Assembly (NCBI GenBank): GCA_030141605.1
Contig: JAQGDQ010000961.1
Span: 11,777-75,776 of the forward strand
Length of the DNA: 64,000 nucleotides
DNA from: Tubiluchus corallicola
Lineage: Eukaryota > Animalia > Priapulida
Direction: 5' to 3'
Each line of letters opens with the position of its first letter. Positions within the stretch are counted from its first letter, which is position 1. The position numbers were made by a program, and so were the translations under genes. The notes under the pieces are model-generated. The model saw nothing but the letters and a program-made list of their open reading frames with translations, did not search any database and was not told where the DNA came from. This document shows, in pieces, positions 22,102 through 36,200 of this stretch.

Positions 22102-23295
22102 TGCCAAAATTAAAGCAGCTGACTTTTAATTCGCAGCTGACAATTTATTTTTTGAATAATTACTTAATGGACAAAATTATGTAATTGTCAAATACGAAGT
22201 TAGTTAAAAAGCTTTAAATTACGTTCCAGAGTCTTGCAGCAAATGTTAAATGAGCAATGCAGACAAGTGATTAATGAGCTTCATAGTTAACATGTTCTTA
22301 TGTTAGATCCTCTGATAACTGTTATTATAATGTACATTTGGGTGAAAAGCAAAATCAGAACTACAAAAGAGGCAAAAATGTGAAAAATTACACAGTGTTT
22401 TTTTGTGTGATGATACTTATTAGAATTGTTTCAAAGAACCAAAAGACAGTATGGTGGATGAAGACATATCCTTCTTTTCAATACAAATTTACCTTTGCAT
22501 GATTATCAAAATCAATTTTGGAAAAATTTTGTCATTAAAATCACATTACATTAAGATAACAAAAACTAACTTCAAATAATTATAGTTATGATAACTTTTA
22601 TTATTTAACTTAATCTGGTATATTTATTTCCCTACTCCATATACAGGCAAAAACAAGTTCGTTTTGCGAAATGTTACCTCAAATGTAAACAAACGTTAAA
22701 TTACATATTTAATTATTAAAGTTCAGAAAATTAATAACCAACTACTGCATTAGACAAAAATAAGAAAAATTCTCCTGATGTTACTCCTTAAAACTTGGTA
22801 CAGCTTTACTCATCATAGCAATTTTATGCAGCAATTCTAAACTAGCTTCCCAGTATAATAATAATGCCAATGTTTTTTTTTCACTTTACCTACCTTACAA
22901 CAAGAAGATATTACAAAAAAAACAATATGAATAGTAATTTTTCTTAGGTAACAAATATTCTGCTTACATGTACTATATAGAATTGATTCAATTACATAAA
23001 TGTGTACAAACATACTGGTATCCAGCACGCTCTTCCCTAATGCCACACCCTCTTCCACCAAAGCGCAGAAGTCGGAAATAAATTACGCTATTAGTCACCC
23101 AGGAGAAAGGTATGCATGATTATTACCCTGTATAGGTACTTATAAACGATATTTCACTTTACCTAAATGGAAATAACCGTTTCTACTATTAAACAATAAA
23201 CAAATTAACAATATGAAACAGCTCTCCTGAGACTTGTCATTTTAACATAAGAAAATGTTGAATGCCCCTGTAGTTTCAAAATAATTATTTTTATT

Positions 23296-23340
23296 TCTTA
23301 CAGAAGCTTTCGCCCCCGTGGGCCTCATCAGATTGTGCTG
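23296..23340 (-). ncRNA. Minimal (Penelope-type) hammerhead ribozyme core
   Basis: CTGATGA-G-GCCC-ACGG-GGGC-GAAA-GC-TT, followed by AAATAAA; stem I degenerate. Confidence 0.65.
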
Positions 23341-23429
23341 CGAACCTGACAGCAAAGTCGCACGTGTGAATAGCCAGCCAGGCAACTTCTCTCGCAATTC
23401 GAAAAGTTAACTGCTGAGTTTGCAACAAG

Positions 23430-24665
23430 TTGCGAGAGAAGTTGCCAAACTGTTCACACGTGACTTTACTCTCAGAGAAAAGTTGTCAAACTGTTCACAC
23501 GTGTGACTTTACTCTCAGAGAGAAGTTGCCAAGCCATTCACACATGTGACTTTACTCTCAGAGAGATGTTGCCAAGCCATTCACATGTGTGACTTCACTC
23601 TCAGAGAGAAGTTGCCAAGCCATTCACACGTGTGACTTTACTCTCAGAGTGAAGTTACCAAGCCGTTCACACGTGTGACTTTACTCTCAGAGAGAAGTTG
23701 CCAAGCCATTCACACATGTGACTTCACTCTCAGAGAGAAGTTGCCAAGCCGTTCACATGTGTGACTTTACTCTCAGAGTGAAGTTGCCAAGCCGTTCACA
23801 TGTGTGACTTTACTCTCAGAGAGATGTTGCCAAGCCGTTCACATGTGTGACTTTACTCTCAGAGTGAAGTTGCCAAGCCGTTCACATGTGTGACTTTACT
23901 CTCAGAGAGAAGTTGCCAAGTCATTCACACATGTGACTTCACTCTCAGAGAGAAGTTGCCAAGCTGTTCACATGTGTGACTTCACTCTCACAGAGAAGTT
24001 GCCAAGCCGTTCACATGTGTGACTTTACTCTCAGAATGAAGTTGCCAAGCCATTCACATGTGTGACTTTACTCTCAGAGAGAAGTTGCCAAGCCATTCAC
24101 ACGTGACTTCACTCTGAGAGAGAAGTTGCCAAGCCGTTCACATGTGTGACTTCACTCTCAGAGAGAAGTTGCCAAGCCGTTCACATGTGTGACTTTACTC
24201 TCAGAGAGAAGTTGCCAAGCCATTCACATGTGTGACTTTACTCTCAGAGAGAAGTTGCCAAGCCATTCACACATGTGACTTCACTCTCAGAGAGAAGTTG
24301 CCAAGCCGTTCACATGTGTGACTTTACTCTCAGAGTGAAGTTGCCAAGCCGTTCACATGTGTGACTTTACTCTCAGAGAGAAGTTGCCAAGCCATTCACA
24401 TGTGTGACTTTACTCTCAGAGAGAAGTTGCCAAGCCATTCACACATGTGACTTCACTCTCAGAGTGAAGTTGCCAAGCCGTTCACATGTGTGACTTTACT
24501 CTCAGAGAGAAGTTGCCAAGTCATTCACACATGTGACTTCACTCTCAGAGAGAAGTTGCCAAGCTGTTCACATGTGTGACTTCACTCTCACTGAGAAGTT
24601 GCCAAGCCGTTCACATGTGTGACTTTACTCTCAGAGAGAAATTGCCCAACAAGTTGCGAGAGAAG
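23430..24665. repeat. 43-bp minisatellite x ~28 in a PIF-like MITE
   Basis: AGAGAGAAGTTGCCAAGCCATTCACATGTGTGACTTTACTCTC. Confidence 0.95.
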
Positions 24666-26011
24666 TCTCTACGTGTGAAAGCACCACAAGAAATAAAAAT
24701 AACTATTCTGAGACTACTAAGGCATTCAACGTTTTCTTATAAAAAATTAACAAGTTAAACATATTACACTGCCACAATATAGTCCAGCAATGAAGGTCAG
24801 AAAATTTCAAAAAAGTTTATCTTTAAAAATAAAATGAATTCGAAAATTTTTACTTGTACACATTACTAATCACAAGCGACATTGACATACAGCAGGTGCC
24901 CATCATTTCAAAGGTCTCAGAACCCACAAACATTAAGCATTTATATTGTCATAAATAAATGAAGTCTTTGTTCACAATCTGTCACCAAATATGCACTTTC
25001 AAAATCAAGAAAGTAATTTTTCTTAACAATCAAACACAAATTTCTTATACCGGATGCGATAAGTAGTAAGAAATATAATAAAGTAAATGTGCATTAAAAT
25101 TGCTGTGAAATTGCGCACACTCGCAAGCATGTCAATGTTAATTCTCAAATGGCCATTCCTTTATAATCACGGAGACCAATCTTTGTCTGCAAAAAGTTCC
25201 TCCTTCATTAAACAGACTATTCTAATGTTTGCAGTGACTTTTTCCTAAATTAGAAAGTGCTGTAATTTTACAACGCCAACAACAAACTTGCTCAACATTA
25301 AATAAATATCTTTAAGAAATTATAACAGTTAAACTCCACAAGTCTATACGGGCATAAGTAAAGCTGTCATTAGGCATTTGAATGCAAAACAACAAAAACT
25401 TACCTGAATGAAACCTTAAAAAATTTTGTATTTTTTATAATTGCACGTGCACAATTAGTATTTATAATTCATTAGTAATTTTGCACATAGCAATAACTTT
25501 ACAGTACAAAACTGATATCCAGTGCGCATAAATTTATTGACTTCATGTTACTTCATAATCTTTCAAACTTCCATATGCTTAACCTACAGAAAGAATTAGA
25601 AATCCAGTCTGAATTTGATACTAACAGAAGTACTTTTATATCCCCTGTAAGCCTTGGAAAACGTTTCTTTGTGGTAAAATTAATAAATCATAATGCAGTT
25701 GGCATAACTATAAATCATAACAGAAACCGGAATAATTCTATTCTAAAATCCCTTAGAATGAATTATTAAATTCACCTTAAATATAGACAGTTGACCTGTC
25801 TAACACCTGTTATAATATATCTATATATATTTGAAACTGACTTTTGCATGAAATCAGTGTTTTGTCGGCCTAGAAGTGATGCTAAAAACTTTTTGCAAAT
25901 TAAAGCACCAAAACAAAGTTCTTTGCAAACATTTTAAATAATTTGAGCTGATAATATACTGAATGATAGTGCAGACATTAATGTACATTTTGCTACAAAC
26001 AAGATAGTACT

Positions 26012-26662
26012 ACATTAAAGCGCATATCCTATACATTCAAGGCCACATCCTATACATTCAAGGCCATATCCTATACATTCAAGAGCATATCCTATACATT
26101 CAAGGCCACATCCTACACATTCAAGAGCATATCCTACACATTCAAGGCCACATCCTACATATTCAAGAGCACATCCTATGCATTCAAGAACATATCCTAC
26201 ACATTCAAGGCCACATCTTACACATTCAGGAGTATATCCTACACATTCAGGAGCATATCCAATACATTCAAGAGCATATCCTATACATTCAAGGCCACAT
26301 CCTACACATTCAAGAGCATATCCTATGCATTCAAGAGCATATCCTATGCATTCAAGAGCATATCCTTTACATTCAAGGCCACATCCTTTACATTCAAGGC
26401 CATGTCCTTTACATCCAAGGCCACGTCCTTTACATTCAAGGCCATGTCCTTTACATTCAATGCCATATCCTTTACATTCAAGGCCACATCCTTTACATTC
26501 AAGGCCATATCCTTTACATTCAAGGCCATGTCCTTTACATTCAATGCCATATCCTTTACATTCAAGGCCACATCCTATTCATTCACGGCCACATCCTACA
26601 CATTCAAGGCCACATCCTACACATTCAAGGCCATGTCCTTTACATTCAACGCCATATCCTAC
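26012..26662. repeat. 21-bp minisatellite x ~30 downstream of the SEC31 stop
   Basis: CATATCCTWYACATTCAAGGC; explains the 7-aa-repeat ORFs. Confidence 0.95.
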
Positions 26663-27074
26663 AAGTTTTTAACTCAGACTTTATATTTGACGAAAAAATA
26701 TGGCAATGAACTGGTTTAATTCGAAATTAGGTGCAGTAAACCATTTTACCTTTTGCTGGCATTTGTCCAATTAATGAAGAAATATAAAGTGATTATCTTT
26801 CAAGCCTCAATCTGAACTTTTTTAAGGTTTTATGATCATGAATAGGAGCAGAAGTGAGACATAACTCTGATACAAAAGCACTCCATAATAACGGGCTGGT
26901 GTTCTTGATTAACTTCACTTAAACAATTGCAAGTATTTAAATTTGGATTTATACTACCAAGCATATGCAAATCAAGAAACTCTGAACTTAAACAAATTTT
27001 CTCATCTCTCGTCGGATGGAAAGATGTTAATAATGGCAAATTTCTGGCCTTAATGACAGCTACAACTATAACAA

Positions 27075-27254
27075 TTAGACTCCAAGTTTGTGGGCACTTT
27101 GGAGCAACATTTTCACACCCGGCATAAAGTGACTGATCTCGGAGAAGTTTCCCGTGGCAACCATCTGTGCTTGTATGGCGAGGGCGCTCCCGTAATCATA
27201 CGACTGAATTGCCTGAACGATCTGATGCAAACCTAGCAGCACGTTCTGTGATAA
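27075..27254 (-). CDS. SEC31: SEC31 last exon ([11 protein letters not shown]...AHKLGV*)
   Basis: ORF track 27075..27350; TAA stop. Confidence 0.95.
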   Translation of the reverse strand, partial: LSQNVLLGLHQIVQAIQSYDYGSALAIQAQMVATGNFSEISHFMPGVKMLLQSAHKLGV

Positions 27255-30200
27255 CTGTAAAAAACAAACAAACACACAGCTATGAAGTAAATAAAACAGA
27301 AAAGCAAAAATCATATTCAGTAATGCTGTCATTATAAGCATACTAACCACATACTCTCAAGTAACAACAAGATTCATAGTGGGAAGATCTTCCACATACT
27401 GAGATAACAACTTAGGACAGGGTTGAACAAATTATCTGACTAGTCGGGCCACATTAAACTTTCCCGCAATACTTGCAGTTTGGTCAAGCAGCCAAGAACA
27501 GCAATACCTAATAGTGATTTTTTTGCATCCGATCTGCGCGCATAATTACTACTAAGGTGCACTGAGGAAACTATTCTAGAAGTTATTAAAATCTATATTA
27601 AAAAACACAGATTTCAACTTTCATGTCACATAGTAGTCATTTTATTGCAATGGATATTAGTATATTGCATCACGTTCTAGTACAGTGCGTATTAATGTGA
27701 CTCATGGTGCCGATCTTTGTGTTCTACAATTTTGTCAAGATTTGGCAGAATTGATGCCGATGAAAGTCTCAAACCTTTCTCCGGGTGTTCATCGGTGAGC
27801 ACAGGTATTCATCGGTGAGTACATGTGTTCATCGGTGAGCACAGGTGTTCATCGGTGAGTACTTGGAATGGGGACTTCACAATCCCCATTCTTGAGAAGA
27901 ACTGCTCACAAACGTAGGTGGAGCCAAACAATGCCAATTTTTTATGACAAAGCATCCTTTTTTGGGACGCGGTGAACACTTTCATGGAATCGTCATGTTT
28001 TTTGAAATCTTCAAATCTCAATCGGAACTGTAGTTTCTGAAACAGTTTACGAAACTCTGCAGCCTTCCCGCAACACAATCCAAGTTGCCTGAGAGTGGAA
28101 AAATGAGCAAGGTCATTGTTTTTCATCTGTCGTATCCAAAGTTTCATCTTGTTTTGAAATGACTTGATGTGTCCGTACATCTCATTTACGTACTGACCTC
28201 TTTTTTGTAGCTTAGTATTCAGTTCGTTCAGATGAGTCGTCGCATCTACGATGAAGCCAAGATCACACACCCACACTTCATCATCCAGTTCAGATGCGTC
28301 GTCACATCTACGATGAAGCCAAGATCACACACCCACACTTTATCATTCAGTTCTTCCATTGGATTCAGCTCTAGAAACAACTTTATCTCCTCTCTTAGAT
28401 CAAATAAGCGTTTGAGCATCTTCCCCTTGCGTAACCAATGAACTTCCGAGAAGCAGACGAGGTCCTAAATCTGCTTCTAAATCAGTGAGAAACAGTTGAA
28501 ATTGTCGATGATTCAATCCTCTGGCTTTAATGAAATTTATAGCTCATACGACTGACCAATAACATGTTTGTACATGAAGGCTTTTGCAGCCAAGTTTTCT
28601 TGGTGAATTATACAGTGAAATACTACAAGTCCTTCCGAGTTCAGATTTCTCTTTTTCATTTCCGCCAAGCAGGTGCACCATCTGTAGCCATACCACAAAG
28701 GGTGCTCCAGTCAAGATTGAAGCGCCTAATTGCCTCCCTAAGTTCAAGAAAAAGATCAGCCCCAGTAGTGGTACCTTTCATAGGCATCAATTCTTCTCGC
28801 AACAGTCCATCGGGATAAGTCTTTTGCCTTTTCTGGACACAGAACAGATGACACTTCACTGAGACATTCTTTCACAAAATCGCCTTCGGAATATGGTTTC
28901 ATACACTCGGCAATTTGATACGAAACGACATAGCTAGCTCGCACTATATTTTCTACTTTCCCTCGTAACATGTGAAACATACCTTCCTGACCACAGAGGA
29001 TGCTTCTCAATTTCTTGATTTTCTCTGCTCTCTTATCTCCTTCTAACTTTCCGTACTTTCCATCTTTGTATTTTGCTTCATAGTGCCTCTTCAAGTTGTA
29101 TTCTTTGAGCACACTAACATTATCGCCACAAATGAGACATGTCGGTTTACCTTTTTGTTCAATACAGAAATACTCATTCATCCATCTGTCTTGAAACATT
29201 CGATGTTCTTCTTCAATTTTCCTCATTTTTTATCCATGTATAATTTTATTTAAAATTTACTTTGTAAAATAACCAAGTGAAAACAGTCTGCCTGTTATGA
29301 CCAAGAAGATGCCTGAGCTGATCTGCCGGCCAAATTATAGAAGCGTAGAGATTGGCTGGTTGGTCTTGTAACCAGCTAATCAGATTGCTTCTCACATTTC
29401 TTGCACATTTGAGCATTTCAATGGCGGCTTCAGTGATAGTTTGCTGCGTTCTGTAATTTTACGTCGTTTTTTGTCTTCTACGTAAGTATCGTAAAATTTC
29501 ATCATGTCCGACAGTGTCAATCGTCTGGTGAGGGTTCAACATTACAATTGTGATCATTAAACCCGATCATGGCATGGACTTTAGTTAGAAACATCTTCCT
29601 AATACTTGCGACTCAATTCATCGCCCGGGCTGCACTTTCATTAGGTCAGCAAACCTCTTCGCGGGCTGCACAAGATCTTTCAACGGGCCGCAGTTTGCAC
29701 ACCCCTGACTTAGGATAACAATAGAATAACACAATTGCAGATAAATCTCATTATAAACCACCTTTACCTGGCTGAATGCCCAAACTTTTAGTAAAACAAA
29801 ACATCTGTATTCATATAGACATGTATGTATTAATGCACCTCATTGTAATACCAAACTCGCTTAACATCAACTTTTTCTGATATCGCAAAGTGGGCGGTAT
29901 AAAGGGGTATGACTGTACAGTGTTCCCTCGCTACTTTGCGGTCCGTTTATCGCGGACTTGCTATTTCGTGGGTTTTCAAAAATATTAATGTAAAATATTT
30001 ATCGTGGTATTTTCGCTGATTCGGGTTTTTGCGGCACTTCGTCTAAAACATTTTTGCACATGCACAGTACGTATTGTACAGTAATGTATAGATTTGATGA
30101 ATTTTGCATAAAAATCACAAAATGTATAAAAAATATTAAAAATATTAATCCTAACATTAAAAGAATATTATAAATCATGAAAAATTACCATTTACAGTAA

Positions 30201-33200
30201 ATAGTGTATTTATTCGGCGGATGAATACACACGAAAAACGAAATGTAGTACTTGCGCCCGCTTGAGATACTACTTGCCGACGTGAGATTGTAAACAACAC
30301 ATGATTGGTTGATTGATGGTATGCTGCAGTTGACCGCCATTACGGGATCGACGAATCTACGGTTCGTTACATCAAGAAGGAGGAGAAAAATATCAGGTCT
30401 ACAGCAACAGTGACTTTCAACAAGAGTGGGAGGGTTTATGAAGACTTAAAATAATGTATCACTACCGAAATAAGTATCCTACTGGTGGGCCTGGAACGGA
30501 ACACGCGCGATAAGTGAGGGGACACTGTAATTCAAAGTTCTCAAGAGAGTCATTACTTTAAAATAAAATTTTACATACACATTTCATACTTACAGAATTA
30601 CTTCTCAAAGCATCATACAAAAATTCCAACTTCTTCGTTACGTCCTCCAGTTTTCTATGCATTTGCTAAAATGGAAATGAAAACAAAAATGAAAGTTACA
30701 GACTTCAGATAAATTCGTTTCTAACATACGACTTCAGTACACAAAATACGGTCACCAATATGGAATGGCATCCTGAATGTAATTTTCCAAATGTATTTTA
30801 AAAGTATTTTAGTAAAGGCGCTAACTATATAAAAGCTTTCTATTACATAACTATACTAATAATATAAGTTCAATTGAATTTCGGAATATACATAAGATAT
30901 ACTAGAGGCCATCTTAATATTAACTTTTAGATAAATCTTTTTAAGCTGCGTACATTTATAATAGGCTGAACATCAGGCATGTTCACAATACTCATTGACA
31001 ATTGATTTTAAATTATGTTGGATACTTACTGGGTTTCTACTTGCACTTTCGCATCGCTGCAGTAAATCCTGAAATGTCTCTTGTAGTACTTCATGCTCGA
31101 CTGGGATGGGCGCCTTTACGACCGGCTCCGGAGCGAGCTCGGCTGGCGGTACCTTTCAAAAACAAAATACAATCATTAGTTTTGCACTTACTTATGTATT
31201 CATACCTCCATATTCATGATTACGAAATAGTGCACGGTAATGTAACAAATTCAGCAGAGGTCTCACTTCTACAGAAAAGCCAAACTGCGACAAATTAGAA
31301 AAGCGAGAAGTTTGCAGTTCAAGCTGAGAGAAAGAGAGAGAAAAAAGAAAAAGAGGGACAGGGAGAGAGAGAGGGGGGAGGGGAGGAAGGGAGGGAGAGA
31401 GATAGAGAGGGAGAGAGAGAGAGAGGGAGTGGGGAGATTAGAGAGAGAGAGAGGAAGGAGAGGACAAGAGGGAGAGAGAGAGGGAGGAAGGAGGAGAGGG
31501 ACAAAGGGAGGGAGAGAGAAAGAGAGAGGGAGGAAGGAAGGGAGGGAGAGAGAGAGAGGGGGGCAATGGTGTAATAAGCAATATTATCACTGCAATGCAC
31601 TTTAAATTGAATTTTTACAATATACAGTAACTACATTACATTTACGTATGTATAAACACACCAACTTCAAAATATCTTTCCCTTGTAATAAAGAAATGAC
31701 AAAGTTTCAAAGTTGCAGTCTAGGGTGTAGGAAAGGTGAAACTACGAACAAAAGTAAAAAACTAGTAAAGCAAACAAGCGAGGAATTAAAAAAAGATAAT
31801 TGTCCATATCGTATAACACGCAAGAATGTGAGGACGCAAGCTGCTACTAAAGATTTACCAGTGAGTGAAGCACACGTTATACTGACCGGTGCTTTCATAG
31901 GCTGTACAACCTGGGACATGTAGTCACTCGGGTTATATAATAAACCAATTTGTGGGATTGGTGGATTCTGTCAAATAAATAACATAAAAAAGTCAAGAGC
32001 AACTAAGCTAATAATTAATGACTACCAAAAGAAGAAACTAAATCATTATTTAAAAGACAATTCTTTTTGGTAATTTGGTATTTTTGGGAAAAAGAGTACA
32101 GCTGCTGCTCGGTCAATGAGTTTTAAAAAATGATTTCAAAACACGATTGTATTTGAGTGATAGTCAATCAGTTTTCATAAGATAACAAAAACATGCAATT
32201 ACAAACAGTTTGGTAAAATCTAAGCGCATGGCATCAACTTCATTTCAAATTATTTGGCAATTAACAACATCTTTAATTAGATTACGACAGTGAATGGCAG
32301 AATGTTCATAAACCTTTGCAGGTTTATTTCAAAACAATTGCTACCCTTGAGGGTAATGCGTACTAATCCCAGGCCTCTAGTTCAAATCAGAACCAGTTAA
32401 TAAATTTTCAGTGTCTTCTTTCTTTTTACCCGTAACTCGTTACCCGTAAGTGTAATAACTGTTGTGAAATAAGCCACAATCGTTTGTGGGGTCAAAGAGA
32501 AACGTCGGCTTAAATGAATTGGACAGGTCATCAGATTATCACAAGATTCTTCATTTACTACAGCTTTACGTCGAACAGTCTACGACCATATCACGTTGAA
32601 AACACCGGTTCTCGTCTAATCACCGACGTTAAGCAACGGAGAGTCTGGCTAGTACTTGGATGGGTGACCGCGTAGGAATACCAGGTGCTGATCTCGACAC
32701 TAGGTGGAGGAGCTGCACAAGCAGCCAACGGCTAGAGGGCGGAAGAGGTCAAGTGACCCAATGGCCATGTGTAGAGGAGTAAACTTTCCAAATCAGGAGT
32801 AGAGCAAAATCTAAATATGTTAACATTTGTCCTCCTGCAGGTTTTTTACCTGGTTCTATAGCTTGTTGAAGAGCTATCTTCACTGGAATATCATCAGGTA
32901 GTCTAAGCATATGCTCAATCCATCTTAAACTGCATCTTTTTATTTTTCTTGTCCAATGTTCTTTTTTTATTTTTTCATATAGATCTTTGTTTGTAATTTT
33001 CTTTGGCCATCTAATACCCAAAATGTTTCTGTAATTTCGCCTTTGAAATGCATCGATTTCAACTTTATGATTTGCTTTTAATGTCCAGAGCTCAGAGTTG
33101 TACAGAAATACAGTTTCAACTAAGGCTGAGAATATTCTAATTTTTGTTTCCAAAGAAATCTTCCTGTAGTTTCAATAATTCCGCTGTAACAACACGAACA

Positions 33201-36200
33201 CACACCTTTTGTTTAGGCGATGCCTGAGCAACAGGCGGCGCCTGCGTCGGGTCGTAAATTATCCCCGGTTGCTGAGGCTGTGCCGGATTATAGACCATGG
33301 ATGCTGGACCAGTACCAACTTGCTCTGGTTGCTGAGGTGCATCCATTCCTAACGGGGATGTAACAGGCACAGCAGGTTCATACACTTGGCTCTGAAACAC
33401 AAACTTGGTAAATTAAGATCATAATATTAAATGCATGTCGAATATGTTGGGCGCTAACATATATTGAAGTCTTAAGAGTTCCGTATAAAATTACAAGTAG
33501 CATGCTATACATATTTTGAAGACAAAATACGATGTTTATCAAATATTCAAAGGTTTGTCTCTCAGATTTTTATTGTTTATTTACTAGACAAATATGTGAA
33601 ATTTCTAAAAGAAACTTAGGCAAAATATGGGTGCAAAAATTTCCGAATCAGGCTAGCTGTCGTGACTCTAATGTTGTCGCTGGGGTGCTTTGGGGAGAGC
33701 CGACAACCGGCATTGGCAAGTTTATCAGACTGTTTTTGAAGTTGCGATGTTCGTGTTAAACAGATGAAATCACTGGATGAAAACATGGTTTAAGTTTGCG
33801 ATCTGTATTTTACTCAAAAATAGTCTGACGGTCAATCCACATATACACGAAAATGGTAAATATAATCAACAGTAGTAAACAAAAGTTAAAGTAAATCCAT
33901 CAGCCAATATATCATGGCAACTGAGTCAAAACGTTATTATAACCACGCAACTGTTTAATCCTATTGCTTGTCTTCTAATCTGGCTACCAAGTGTGAAAAA
34001 CTACTACATTCACAGAGAAGCCAAGTAACCCAGTTCCATACAAACATATAGCAGCAGCAAGTATATACATATATTGGAAACTTCCAAGTGTACAAACAGA
34101 TGTCAGCACTGACTTAGTGGTAATGAAAAACTAAAGTTTAAAACTTCAAATCGAAATTAATAATAAACTGTAGATTAAAACCTCGCATCTGCGACACTAG
34201 CTCGCAATCATTATAAGTATTATAAAACTGTAGAAATGGTCATTAATAAGAGATTTCCTATTCTTGGGTACAAGATAGACTGATATGCTAATTATAGTAT
34301 TTAGCACAAATATCACATCTGAGCAACTTGGTCTGTGGACCATAAACGAGGTGTCAGGTTTTGGGGAGCCACTAATTTATGTGAAGAGTTAGATGGGTAT
34401 GAAAAAAATCAGAGCAGCATTTCAAAAATTGTGCAAACTTTACTGTCCCAAACTAGTGTACGAATAATTTAACTACAATAGTAAGCATAACTAGGGTAAT
34501 TTCGTCCTGAAAATAGTAAAAATTCCTCTAATCACGACAAGGGATCATAAAGGAGATACCTTGCTTGGCACCTTAGCATGTTGTATCATCGGAGGGTCAT
34601 TCCAGCCCGGAGCAGAACGATCGATATATCGTTCCCGTGGCGACACCTGTGACGGAGGAGGAGGATATCGTTCAGAAGTAGACTGCGAATAACTACCACC
34701 TGTGCAAGCAACAGCAGAACAAAGAGAAAATTAGATTTTACACTTGTTTTCACATACAATTTTATCTATTTTTGAAAACTCTGACAGTACAGTTATTTTG
34801 AAATTAGTTTATTTAAGTTCTACAGCAGGTGTTGCTTAACAGATTCGCTTTGGGATGCAAGTGTATTGACTGAAGTAACCAATTGAATCTATCACAAGAC
34901 CGATGTAGTATTACCAGTATAGAAGTACGAGTCATCACTTACCAGTTTAGTGTGCACTACAAGAGCTTTAAATAATTTTCAGTAATTTTCAAAATTAATT
35001 TTATGCTCTTAGTTGCAAGGATGAGAATGACAAATTGCAAAAAACTCTGAAACAGGCCAAGGGTTTTGGGGCTGCCTAGGCCCCCAATGGGGTTGAGTGG
35101 CAAAGCCCCCTTGGAGCCAGCAACAAATTGTAATTTTGTGACCATACAAAGCCTCTAAGTGGACTTAAAATATCAATTACCTTGTTTCATGCATAATTTA
35201 AAATAGCCAACTATCAAGGATACATGATACCTAATTGGCTCAAAAAATGCCTAAGTAATGGCCGCTCTTACGCAAAAGTATATAAAAACTGTCTGCAATT
35301 GACTCAAATAACTCCGCACAATTGAATCTATATTTTTATACATAGAGATATACACGTGGTTACACTGATGTACGTGATGTAAACAACAAGACGGCCTGCC
35401 AACTAGCGGTCAGCTTGTGAAATAATGTACTGGGTCCGTAAAAATTTTCTCAACGAATTTACCCGATTTACAAAAATGGCACTACTGGTCTTGCAAAAAC
35501 TCGGAATTCCGCGTATCCATGGAAAATTCTCATCCCTGTAGTTGGTCTATGACATCTGCATTGTAAACTCGCAAAGAACAGTGGCGCTACTGCTGCATTG
35601 GTGATCTAGCAGCAAAAGCACTGCCACTTCTTGATCCAGCTCTGAGAGAAACACTACGGAACTGATAACATGGAAGTTACTGCAAACTATGTATATTATA
35701 TTTTTATAAATTTGAATTGGGAGCAAATTTGTAGTGTAACACTAACTAGCAACATTTTCTAAATAGATTTCCAGTTTTTATATCTTTTTTGATTTCCTGC
35801 TTCGTTTTCTTTTCTATTAAGTTTATTTTTTAGTTTTCACTTTGATACCGGAGGCGAAATTTTGATTAAGTTGTATAATTTTACTGCCCTGGTGATGAAT
35901 ACAGATTTTTGTAACTTCAGTTTGATGAAATTCAAAAAAAACAAAGAGTTTTTGTAGGTCGCCTTACATTATTAGGCACTGCAACAACAACAACATTTTA
36001 AATTGATTAAACATTCTATAAAAAGTAGCAAGGGCTTCAAAAGGAAATTGCTAGGCTTGTGATTAAAAGTTCAATTTCCATAAAATCTTGGGAAACGAGG
36101 TTAACTGCATTGGACAACAGATTCTAAGTAAAACCGCTACGCTAGCATATCACCGCGTGATAAACGTATCTGCTTGTAAACAAAACTGTACTTTACATCA

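Noticed and set aside
23430-24665. CRISPR-like array
   Set aside because: Contiguous tandem units with no unique spacers, eukaryotic context, no cas genes; the same applies to all other arrays.
26178-26719. 7-aa repeat ORFs
   Set aside because: 21-bp minisatellite translation on both strands.
32470-32535. Hammerhead-like fragments (GAAACGTCGG; CTGATGA on minus)
   Set aside because: Core elements are not on one strand in the right order.
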